Origin: Octopus vulgaris
Lineage: Eukaryota
Reading direction: 5' to 3'
Assembly (NCBI GenBank): GCA_951406725.2
Contig: OX597825.1
Location: 53,134,001 to 53,198,000, forward strand
DNA: 64,000 nt
Both the position numbers and the translations under genes were made by a program. Numbering within the stretch: the stretch's first letter is position 1; each line of letters opens with the position of its first letter. A model generated the notes under the pieces. It did not search any database. It was not told where the DNA came from and worked only from the letters and a program-made list of their open reading frames with translations. Shown piece after piece: positions 53,447 through 64,000 of the stretch.

Positions 53447-53994
53447 GTGACGAAGTAATGGCACAGAGCAGCGTTTACATATAATCACAATTTAGGTTAG
53501 TTGAAATGTGTTTCTCACATACTTTAACTGCTAGAGGCAAATACACTGCAGTTATCATGGAGAAGATATCTCTCTTTTGGTAAAGGTGTAAAAATACCCA
53601 AATCGTTCAGTGTCGCAATCTCTCGGGACTCTCAGACATCGATGTCTCGAGTTTATTATCTCTTGTCGTTGAGATCTACTAAAGAGATGAAACTCTGAAC
53701 GAACTAAATAAAGCTTATAGCTTTATATATAATTCAGCCAACATGTTAACTGATTTGCGCTGGTAGATCGCGAGTAGATCGAGAAAAGTAACGAAGTAAT
53801 GGCAGAAAGCAGCGTTCACGCATAATCCCAATTTGAAAGAGTCAATAAACTTGAAACATCGATGTCTGAGATTCCCGAGTGATGGTGACAATGAACGAAC
53901 TGGGTATTTTCAGTGTATTTGCATTTAGCAGGTGAAATATGTGAGAAACATATCTCAAGTAACCTAAATTGCTTTGTGCCATTACTTCGTTATA
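53446..53994. mobile_element. Non-coding foldback element with long TIRs and TGT-type termini inside (TA)n
   Basis: Left 53446-53665 is mirrored with two deletions by 53836-53994; ends TGTGACGAAGTAATGGCAC / GTGCCATTACTTCGTTATA; extra direct copy of the terminus at 53788-53834. Confidence 0.75.
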
Positions 53995-53996
53995 TG

Positions 53997-54096
<100 letters not shown>

Positions 54097-54125
54097 TGTG
54101 TGTGTGTCTGTGCATGTGTGTGTGT

Positions 54126-54236
54126 GTTGTATTCGCTGAAGTTCGGTTTTGATTGTCTGGAGTTACAAATACAAACACCACTTGGTGATGTTACCTAACT
54201 CCAGACCAATCAAAGCAGGACTTCAGCGAACACAAC
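54126..54236 (+). other. About 40-bp imperfect stem-loop (pre-miRNA-like or MITE remnant)
   Basis: 54126-54165 pairs with 54196-54236: 2 mismatches, 1 bulge and 2 G-U pairs on the + strand. Confidence 0.6.
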
Positions 54237-54520
54237 GAAATGACCCTTTAAGACAACCAACCAACCAACCAACCGGAACGACTTATGACCGTATCCACAA
54301 GGAAACCAAGCAGAACGACATGCTTGACCACGGAGAAAAAAAAACGTCACCGGTATTTTAACTAATCAAAAATCAGATCCGATTGCGGAAAAGAAATTAT
54401 TAATTCATCTGATCCCAAAATATACCAAGAGAAAGCGTCTATTAGAAGAGGATCAGAGATACTGTAAACCAAATTCCCCCTTTTTTTTTAACTATTTTCA
54501 TTTCACACTTTTTTCAGTAT

Positions 54521-54585
54521 AAAGGCGGTGCTCCAGCATGGCCACAGTCACATGACTGAAACAAGTAAAAGAGTATAAAAGAGTA
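54521..54585 (+). mobile_element. SINE family A 3' tail fragment
   Basis: aaaggcggtgctccagcatggccacagtcacatgactgaaacaagtaaaagag; a similar remnant lies at 37250-37300. Confidence 0.8.
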
Positions 54586-54874
54586 TGACTTGTCGACTAC
54601 CACTAAAATTAATGAACTTTGTATATTCAAATATATTGATATACAGTTTTAATTTTATTTACTGCTATGAGCATTTAAACATACACCTTCTGTTTTCAAC
54701 ATGTTAATTTATCAACATTGGAACATTTTAATTTGTCAACATTGAAACATTTATTTTCTCAACAGTGAAACTTTTAAAGATCTTTTTTTTTTCTAATTTT
54801 AAACTTTTACCATTGATAAACAAAAAATATTGTTGAAACTAGGTCGGTATATATGTAAATAAATATATTTTAAA

Positions 54875-55186
54875 CGGTCATGCTGGAGCACCACTTCAGA
54901 CTTATTTTTTGTAAGCCTAGGACTTATAATAACAGTCTTTTTTTGCCGAACTGCTAAATTACGGTGACAGAAATGCACCAGCATCGATTGTTAAGCAATG
55001 ATGAGGTGGGGGACAGGAACACACACAAACAATTTTATATATATGCGACAGGCTTCTTCCAGTTTCCGTATACCAAATCTACTCACAAGGGCTTCGTCGG
55101 CCAGACACTTGCTCAGTGTGCCATGCAGTGGCAATGAACTCGGAACAATGCGGATGGAAAGCAAGCTTTTTACCACACAGTGATGC
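54875..55186 (-). mobile_element. SINE family A, degenerate copy
   Basis: Reverse-complement homology to 46614-46930. Confidence 0.8.
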
Positions 55187-55202
55187 CAGCCCCCCACCCA
55201 CC

Positions 55203-55243
<41 letters not shown>

Positions 55244-56899
55244 AAAAAATGAAGTTCGAAAATGCTGCTGTATTATACAATTTTTAATTTTTATATATAC
55301 ATTATAACATGTTTCAGTTCCTGAAATGAACTTTATCAAAAAAAGTTATATATAAAAAAAGACAGCTCATGCCGTCAAGCATGCCGTCAAACATATATAT
55401 ATATATATATATATATACAAGACCTCTGGTATTCTAGAGATGGAGATAGTGAGCATAGCTGTGCTAGTATATATGACAATAATTGTGGTGACTATAATGA
55501 CTATCGTGGATATGGTGTTAATGTTGGTATTGATATTGTCGGTGTTGCTGGTGATTACTGAGGCATTGTCGTTCATGGTGATGGTGAGGATAGTCATGAT
55601 GATGATACAGATGGTAATGGAGATGATAGTAGTGAAGCTGGTGATTATAATACTCGTGATGATGCTGGGGGTTGTGCTGCTGATGCTAATACGTTCTTGA
55701 CATTTCATTATATATTTCTTCAGATGTGATTTCTCAAAATTTCCCCGTTCAGCGAAATTCTATTTTCTTTCCTTTTTATCATGCTTTTTTTCTAATGCAA
55801 CTTCCCCTTTGTTTTTCTTTGCCTTCTTGTAGCTTTTTTATTGTAATGTTTTTAGCGTTGAAATCTTTAGTGTTATTTTTCTTGTCGGTGACGTCGCTGT
55901 CGTTGTCGTTCTTGTTGTTACTGTTGTTGAAATTGTATTGCAGGCTTGAACATCAATAAAGCCACTTTTAGAGAGAGAGAGAGAGAGAAAAAAAAAGAGA
56001 GAAGGGAGAGTTAAAGAGAAGAGAGAGTAGTAATAGAAAGAGAATGAGAGAGAGCGAGTAGATGGTAGAATGAGAAACGAAGATTAAAAGACATTTGAAA
56101 ATGAGACTAAAAGCTACCTGAAGCTCATAGTTGCAATAAAATCAAAAAGTTTGCTAGTGTTAATACACTTGCAAATATCAGAGTTCGTTCTTTTGAAGAA
56201 TATATCCCCGAGTTTGTTAGGGAGCATAAAGGTTCAAGGATTGACAACTTCTTTCAATAATCCAATTCTTCCTTGAACCATTGCATTTGATCCATATTTG
56301 ATGTTAGATTTCTTTGGAAAATATGTGTAAGATATAAATGTGAAAATATCAGCGTTATATGAAGCTTAGTGTTAAATGCAAACTATAGTTTTAACTCTTT
56401 ACACGAAATTACGAATAATTTATTTCTTTCCCAAATATTAGATGAAATGTAATGATATACAGGAAAACAATAGAAACACTAATTTAAACTCTTTGACTAA
56501 AATAAGTTTGGGGATTACTAAGACCGTAACATCGTTCATAGAAGACTCCGTTAGTGCAACAAAATAATTAAGAAATAGCAGTATCTAAGAGAATGACTCT
56601 GACCAAACGGTTGCTACCTGTCACCTAATCATGTTCTTCGTTTGATCAATACTCAAGAGGCTTCTTTAGAGTTTCTCACGTCAAAATTACTATGAAATTA
56701 AGCAAGAAATACCTTATTATACAGAATTATTTAATTCATGTGTTTCATATCGTGCCAATTAATTTTCAGAATATTCATAATAGTGGGTTTGTATGCTTCT
56801 GTTATGTTTCTGGTATGCCGCCATAACCACGTTATAGATGGCCGTTTGTCAGGGGAGATTACTCATAAAGAAAGGATAAATGATTTACTCTGGTAAATA

Positions 56900-57500
56900 A
56901 GTTTTCTTGTGATTATGCAGCTAGCTTTATTACTTTCTCTTTGCCTTGTACTATAGTTGGTTAATACTGAGGTATTTCACAGTCTCTTGTTTCTCATGCA
57001 TCAGCCTGACCTTTAATGCCGATATTTTAGTCAATCCTTACTTCTTTTAATTTCTTCTATCGGAGTCTATTTCAGTTGTTGCATTTTTCAGTGTTATAGA
57101 TCCTTCAAGTAATACACATGCTTCTCGGGTAATATATTACCATTCTCGTGTTGGGTAGCCTCATCTTGTTGGAGAAAATGGATGTAAGGACATTGTTAAC
57201 GGCAGGCAATTTATAAACTTCTAGATATTGAGGATTCTAGAAATTTAAAAGAATTAATGTTGTTATCTTCTCCTGCATGCAGTCAGGCGTTGATTTCGGT
57301 CTGCTTACCGCTTCAATGAATGCTTCCACATAAAAGAAGCTGACTGACTTGTTGCTTCAGCCATAAATCTGAGATCTTTTCAATCCCAGAATATTTCAAT
57401 AAGTTTACTATTTTAAAGCATCAGTGAATTCCTCATCACCCGGGCCATTCTGTGTTTGTAGAGTTATTAAAATATTCTTATTATTCATGATCCATATTGC
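56900..57500 (-). mobile_element. Highly degenerate R4-like RT fragments
   Basis: KYSGIEKISDLWLKQ (cf. WKSPG.D.I..FW.K), TTLI, LTSI and ETVKYLSINQ (cf. YKYLGI.Q). Confidence 0.4.
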
Positions 57501-57747
57501 TTTCTTATTGTGCAGAATGCTCTCATTCTGCACTCTCACACAATATTCAGGGATACGTGAGTGATGATAGTGGTGTGACCTCCACTGTTACGATGTTTTG
57601 TTATTGTCCCAGAAACGTTAAGCTTTTTAAATACATTTCTGTCATAAATCGTGACAGAGAAGCAGCAGTCCCATGTGAATGGTATCATAATTTAGTTATT
57701 TTGGCAAAAAAAATTTATTTTTAAGGATTTTGTCAAAAATTGTGCAT

Positions 57748-57854
57748 GCGACCAATGAGGGCTCGCTAGATTGACCAACTACATGTGACCAGGGCTCGCT
57801 AGATTGACCAAATACACGCGAACAATGAGGGTTCGCTTGATTGACCAAATACAG
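57748..57854. repeat. Three-copy 33-37 bp minisatellite
   Basis: gcgaccaatgagggctcgctagattgaccaaataca repeated three times with variants. Confidence 0.9.
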
Positions 57855-58299
57855 GTGTCCGTACAGATATTGCTTTTGCTGTTGCCGTTGATGTGTTGCC
57901 ACACGCCTTGCTTTCATCGTTATGCTTTTTTCCCATGAAATGTTATAATCGTATTTAATTTCTGCATGTTTACATAATCATCAAATTTTTTCTGTATCTT
58001 TTCTTCATTCAGATTTATTTTGTGTAAAAAACCTTTTTGTTCTCGGATTTATTCAACAAAACAAGGTATAAACATAAAATTAGAACGGTTTTATTGCCAG
58101 GCCCCGGTTCACATTCCAAAACGTTCAATAATAATCCTAATTTGAAGTTAATCCCGATTCGAAATTTATTCCTTATTCTACACATGAACAACAACAACAC
58201 CAACAATGATGATAATGATGATAAGATTAAAATGGAATGACAAAGTTTGTTAGCAGCCCTGCCTAGTGTGAAAGTAAAGAAGAGTTGACATCAACCAAC

Positions 58300-59500
58300 A
58301 TCAGCCGGCATCAGCTTACATCAAAATTTTAAGAACAACTGGAATCTTTGATTGCAAAGGTGCTGCGCCCGGCAGGTTTGGAAGTAACTGTTCCGACTCC
58401 CTCTATTAGGTCCTTATTCAGTAATGGGTTAGCAAATACAGTGGAGATGGACTGAACAATTAGATACGATCATTGAGTGTTACTACATGAACAACTCTGC
58501 ACACGAATATAAGCTTAGCCAAGCTGGAAAACAATGAAATGATTGGAAACCTGACAGATGAGCAGAAGACTATATACAACAGAATAAGGCAAAATTATTG
58601 GAGGACAATAGGAAGACAATAGTGACCCTCACTGCGACCTTATAAAACGTTTAACCGATGAAACTGAACCAAAAAACAAAATGGTGAATTAAATTCTGAT
58701 ATACGTCAGATTAATAAAAAAAAAAGAACATTACAGAAGCAAATAATGAAATGATTGGAAACTGACAGATGAGCAGAAGACTATATACAACAGAATAAGG
58801 CAAAATGTCAGCAAGCATCGTTGTAGCAGAAACAATGTGTGTAAGTGTCAAAAGAAAAGAAAGACAATAGGAGAGACGAGTGATAAGTGGAAAACAGTAC
58901 AGACAAGTTTAGATACGCTCTTAAGGAACATCTCTGTCTCAGACTGAAAAGAGAATGGGAAGCTCAGAAATGCACAAAAAATACAGAGCATTGCAACAAA
59001 AACAGTAGGACTTTGAAAGAAAAGGCCTAAAATTAGTAATGGAGGAACATAGCGCCTTATTGCAAAGAACGCAAATATGGCAAGATATGAACTGAACAAA
59101 GAATAAAGAAATATCAGCAGAAAAGATTATGGAATGTAGACCAGAAGAGATTTGAACAAGAAATAAATGGAGAGTGTACAGATGAAGGGATAATACCAGA
59201 TAATAATGGAAGACAAAAGTTATTTAGCAATATTTACATTAAAGAAGAAGAGTACAAAAATGACAATGGTTACAAAAACTGAAGTAAACAGTACTTCGTT
59301 CTCAGCAGGTAGAACTATACTATTTAGTTAAGGATGTGAAGGAAATCAGTAAGAAGATGGATAATTGGACGACTCCGGGACCAGATGGAGTTCATCGCTA
59401 CAGGATCAAAAGATTTAGCTTAATGTAAAGTACGAATAGCCGAGCAACTAGCATTCTTTGAAATACAAATGAAATAGTACCAAACTGAATGACAATACTA
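58300..59500 (+). mobile_element. R4/Dong-clade LINE 5' half, degenerate
   Basis: RWTEQLDTIIECYY, YQQKRLWNVDQKRFEQEINGECTDEGIIPD and KKMDNWTTPGPDGVHRYRIKRF; same family as 22560-24450. Confidence 0.8.
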
Positions 59501-59792
59501 AACGATTCGAATAGATGATCACTTACTTTGACCGCTTAACATGTATCACTGTACATTGTAACGTTTCAGCCTCTGAAATCAGAGTTGAATCAGCGTTCAA
59601 CGAAGTTACGGGCCTAAAACTCATTACTTGATCCCCTTCATTTAGAACGTTCCTCAACAGTACACCAATACCAAGGTCCATAACACTGGGTGTTCTCTCT
59701 TTCCACTGCCACTTGAGGTAGACACTCACCAAAAGATCACACCATAACTCTGGCATATGAAAATAAGCTCAAAAGGCAAACCATCCAGCCTC
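59500..59792 (-). mobile_element. L1/Tx1-clade RT fragment
   Basis: LDGLPFEL, MPELWCDLL and GIGVLLRN..NEGD..SFRPVTSLNAD (cf. G.I.LL.K..KGD...RPITLLN.D). Confidence 0.6.
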
Positions 59793-59802
59793 AGAATCTG
59801 AA

Positions 59803-60950
59803 AAATAGATGGATGGCTGTATGCATGGATTGGTGGTGGGATGGATTCATAACCAGTGATTGGGGTTTATATGACTTAAACTATTAGAAAATATCCACTG
59901 TTGGACTAAAAAGAAAATTTTCAGTATAAAATACCAGAAATATTTAGCAACTTGTAATAGAAATTTGATACAAAGAGCTACATTGATCTCTCTATAAAGC
60001 AAGCATTGTCTCCTCTCTTCAAAGGGGCTAACGTATAGAAAACCCACACGTTGAAATTGTAGATAATTCTACAAATATGGAGAATCAACAACAAAAATAA
60101 CGAAAAGGTTAGAAACTAAAAGCAAAGCAACAGAATGGCATTTAAAAGCTATTGCAAGATCATGGCCAATAAATGACAAAAATGAAAAACGTGAAAGCAT
60201 TTCGCGCCATTAGATACTTCTGGTAAACCCATTGGTTAAAACTATTGTCCATATTTGAATTGCAAGCTTTTGTCAAAGAAATCTTTCACGAAATATGGTT
60301 CTTAGAATTCGGATATGGGCAGTTATAAAAATCCTGATTAGGGGGAAATTGCTCAGTGATCGTAGGGTATTACAAGCCTCCACGACACTTACAATAGTGA
60401 TCGTAGGATGTTACTAAACTCCACTACATTTCGTGTCATTAGATACTTCTGGTGGTTTCTGCTCTGATTGCTTTGATTCTGTCCCGTAAACAAAGACCAT
60501 TCATTCTCAAGATACTTTTCTGCAATTCTTACTTTGAACAAATATTTCCTTTCTGCTTTCACATTTTTCATTTTTGTCATTTACAGGCCATGATCTTGCA
60601 ATAGCTTTTAAATGTCATTCTGTTGCTTTGCTTTTAGTTTTTAACCTTTTCATTATTTTTGTTGTTGATTCTCCATATTTGTAGAATTATCTACAATTTC
60701 AACGTGTGGGTTGTCTATACATTAGCCCCTTGGAAGACAGAAGGCAATGCTTGTTGTATAGAGAGATCAATGTAGCTCTTTGTATCAATTTTCTATTACT
60801 ATCTACTAAATATTTCTGGTATTCTATACTGAATATTTACTTTTTAATCCAACAGTGGATACTTTCTAATAGTTTAAGTCATATAAACCCCAATCACTGG
60901 TTATGAATCTATCTCATCACCAATCGATCCATACATCCATCCATCTATTT
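59803..60950. repeat. Long inverted repeat: about 397-bp arms (59803-60199 and 60554-60950) with a 354-bp spacer
   Basis: Arms align end to end, roughly 90% identical by eye; mirrored ORFs 59847-60047 (-) and 60706-60906 (+). Confidence 0.95.
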
Positions 60951-63542
60951 ATCCACCCAGCATCTTCACTCCTGAGAAGATGATGGGATAGGATCCGCGG
61001 CTGCCTCCTCCATAGGATCCCATCAGAATCACCGGTCATTAGACTTCCGTGTTAGATTCCCAAGCGTGACTAACTGTAACTATGACTTTTATCCAATCCC
61101 CTCTTTCTGAGGCTGCACCTAGTTTGCTGGATTGCATACTCTTAGCTTGTTTTCTTTCATTCTGTTGTCATATCGCTTCACGTCTAGTCGACGTTATTAC
61201 AACTGTAAGTTATTATTTAAACTTCTAGTTATTGTCACTTATTTTGTTACGGTTTCTATTTAGTGATGTTTGCAGTATTAATCTGATATACATGTATAAG
61301 ATGTATTTGCGTGTGCTGTACAATTTCAAGTTCATGGATCCTATGTTCTAGATTATGTGGTTGTGATTATTGAAATTCTGTGTATTCCAAGTGAACATAT
61401 CTAGAATGTTACTTTAGTTTTCCTAAATTGTTAACTAACTTCAATGGCATCATTTTTCAAAAGTTAATCTATTTCAAAAGCGAAAACATTCCCTTATACC
61501 GAGCTTCATACATAGACATATAGAGACCTCAATAAACTGTGGAATGAAGGAAACCGTCATGTGGTCTCTATGATTGAGGAAAATAGCAACCAATTCTACC
61601 TTAAATCGAAATTTGATATCCTAAGAGACAAAAGAATCATATGAAAGTTAATTCTTTAGGGAATAGCAATTATATTTGCCTTAAAACGAAACCAGCTATC
61701 CTAAAAGAGAAAAATATCGTTGGATAATCAAGCATTGAACACATTATAACTAAATTAAAATATGGATTGTCCCGAGTGGATTGTTTATAAACAGAGCTGA
61801 TCAATCAAAGCTGATCCGGAGCTAGACAACAATAAGAGCACCAACAATAACATGTTAGCACTCACTAGTCCGCCCACGTAAACCAATTATAATAGTAGAA
61901 AACTAAATTGTTATTAGAATTATGAAGAATTTAAAATGGTTAAAATGAAAGCATTGCAATGCAGTATTGAAATACATTAAAAATAATGTTCTAAAAGTTT
62001 GTGCGGTGATGGTTTCTGGTAGAGCAGCAACATCTCAACAGTGAAATTTATTCTAATTTGTTAAAGCAACTATTATAATAAAATGTAATGGCAATGACCA
62101 CCCCCATAACCACAATATCCACCAACATTACTTCCTTCATCATTACCACTCCCATTACTATTACTCCCAACACTACCAAGACAACCAGTACTTGGGTTTA
62201 TTTATGGAGAAATGTTGGTAAAAAGCTTCTGATGATAAAACTCTAAGAGGATGTATTAAAAATAGAATAACAAAAAAACAGCCTGAATGTAATGACAATG
62301 AAAATGATACAGAGCAACAATTATTATAAAAGAAATTTGGGGAATTTATGTAAAAACTCATAACACAAAGTTCGCTGGTTGGTTCACAAATGAGTAATTA
62401 GAATTACTCTAATTAATAACCATTTCTTTGTTCTTTCGTGCTTGTTTAATATATTTTTCTATTTCTTTGATTTATGTTCTTTTATTATAATTTCCGTTGA
62501 GTGCTTTTCAAATAACACTTTATACGGAATTGTTCTCTTGAGAGCCTTACATAACACAAACTGTGAAACGCGATAGCAATCCCCTCAGATGGCAGCTTTA
62601 GAAATGCTGATACTTTAATGAAAAACAAATAGCGGACAAGTTTGTAATTTTTAATGTCATAGAAACACAATTTCACACACTAATACACATCCGCAAGTAT
62701 ACACAAATGCAATCATAAATGCATACAAAAAATTGTAGATACAATGGCATATACACATACAATGTAGCATCGAATTGTGGAAAACGTTAATTGAAAAAAC
62801 TTCACTCATTAACAAAAATGCTTTGAAGAAATAAATCTAATATATTAAAACAAAATTGTTTTAATGATTTAATAAGAACTGGAAAAAACATTTTAGTGGT
62901 TGTAAAGAAATGCAAGTTGGGTAAGACATATTTGGGAGTATGAATTAAATTTGTGATTTGAACTAATTTCCTTGGTGTTTGAATTAACGTTACTGAGACA
63001 TCAGAGGATAATGACGCCAAAGCACGTAACTGATCGAAAATACTTATGAAATAAAAGTATAGAAGAGGATTCAGAGAAGTCTAGTAGAAAGCGCAAAGTT
63101 CTAGAATCTCTGCGTTGCCTCCTACAGTTTATTTCTCATCTTTCTGATTTCTAAGTTCGACTTTTTCTGCTTCTGGTTTACCGTTAGTTATAGTTGCTGC
63201 GTTGTACAGCAAATTAGAATGGATTATCGAATAGTTAAATAATTGCTGACACTGGGTTACATAGTTTCATAATTTCCATGAATGAAGATTACAAAAAATA
63301 TAATTATACACTCTGCTTTGATATCGGGAAAGATAATCGATGATTCAGAGAAAGGTAGTGTCCTGCAGAATAAATAGTTACGTGAAATGTAGGTGTAGCG
63401 TGGAATTCGGTGAGACAAAGTAAATTTTTCAGGCTTCTGTCAGTATATACTCGCCCAAGTGTAAGATTCATACTTAGGATGTAGAGAGACATGAAATCTA
63501 CATATTAGCATATTCAAGGGTATATATACACATACATAGAAG

Positions 63543-63587
<45 letters not shown>

Positions 63588-63589
63588 AT

Positions 63590-63646
<57 letters not shown>

Positions 63647-63849
63647 CACATACTTATGTGAAAATGTCAAATCGCTATTTATTAATGAGAGACACGTTTA
63701 CATATTCATAGATGAATGCATCGACACATTCATATAGAAATAGAAAGAGATTAATAAGTTTACGCATATACACACTAATAGATAGATACATCGACATATC
63801 CATGTGGATAAAGAGAGACAAAACGTTTTATACAAACACAAACAAGAAC

Positions 63850-64000
63850 CCACATTCTGTGTGAAATTCGTGGGGCTGGTAACTGTGCACTTGGCTCTTT
63901 ACAGCATTGAACTGTATGCTGCTTTCTTCAGACAAGTTGTACAATGTGTTAAAATCGTTCTACAGTTTTGAATTATCAGGGATAGTGATTGCTTTGAATA
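63850..64000 (-). mobile_element. CR1/L2-like LINE RT fragment running off the window
   Basis: FKAITIPDNS..L*NDFNTLYNLSEESSIQFNAVKSQV resembles post-YADD K.I....D...LQ.DL..L..W.....M.FN..K. Confidence 0.45.

Noticed and set aside
55367-55708. Hydrophobic or Thr/Ile-rich ORFs on both strands
   Set aside because: Degenerate (GAT/GGT)n triplet low-complexity tract.
57748-57854. Repeat units of CRISPR-like length
   Set aside because: The units are contiguous with no unique spacers, there are no cas genes, and the context is eukaryotic.
59847-60906. Pair of near-identical 66-aa ORFs as duplicated small genes
   Set aside because: They are a by-product of the inverted repeat, start at non-ATG codons and contain no recognisable domain.

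Overview
AT-rich, microsatellite-dense eukaryotic DNA, not prokaryotic: no operons, rRNA or CRISPR arrays. The repeat content (tRNA-derived SINEs, R4/Dong, RTE, Tx1 and Penelope retroelements, mariner/pogo/DD37D DNA transposons, long (TA)n, (TAA)n and (TATG)n tracts) resembles a coleoid cephalopod such as Octopus; this is inferred by recognition, with no search run. Most ORFs in the track are microsatellite translation artefacts. The best-preserved elements are a full-length frameshifted mariner (40709-41974) and a 5'-truncated RTE LINE with an open RT frame (51578-53352). A chain of small, mostly phase-compatible GT-AG exons on the + strand (1297-16816) may encode the Tyr-motif-rich C-terminal tail of an unidentified host protein. 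Highlights: (i) minimal hammerhead-ribozyme motifs, two of them inside a SINE-like repeat with a tRNA B-box; (ii) LINE families partitioned by microsatellite type; (iii) a Penelope-derived candidate exon with an in-frame TGA that would bridge the one phase gap in the gene model; (iv) several long hairpins and inverted repeats. All alignments and translations were done by eye, and boundaries of degenerate elements are approximate.
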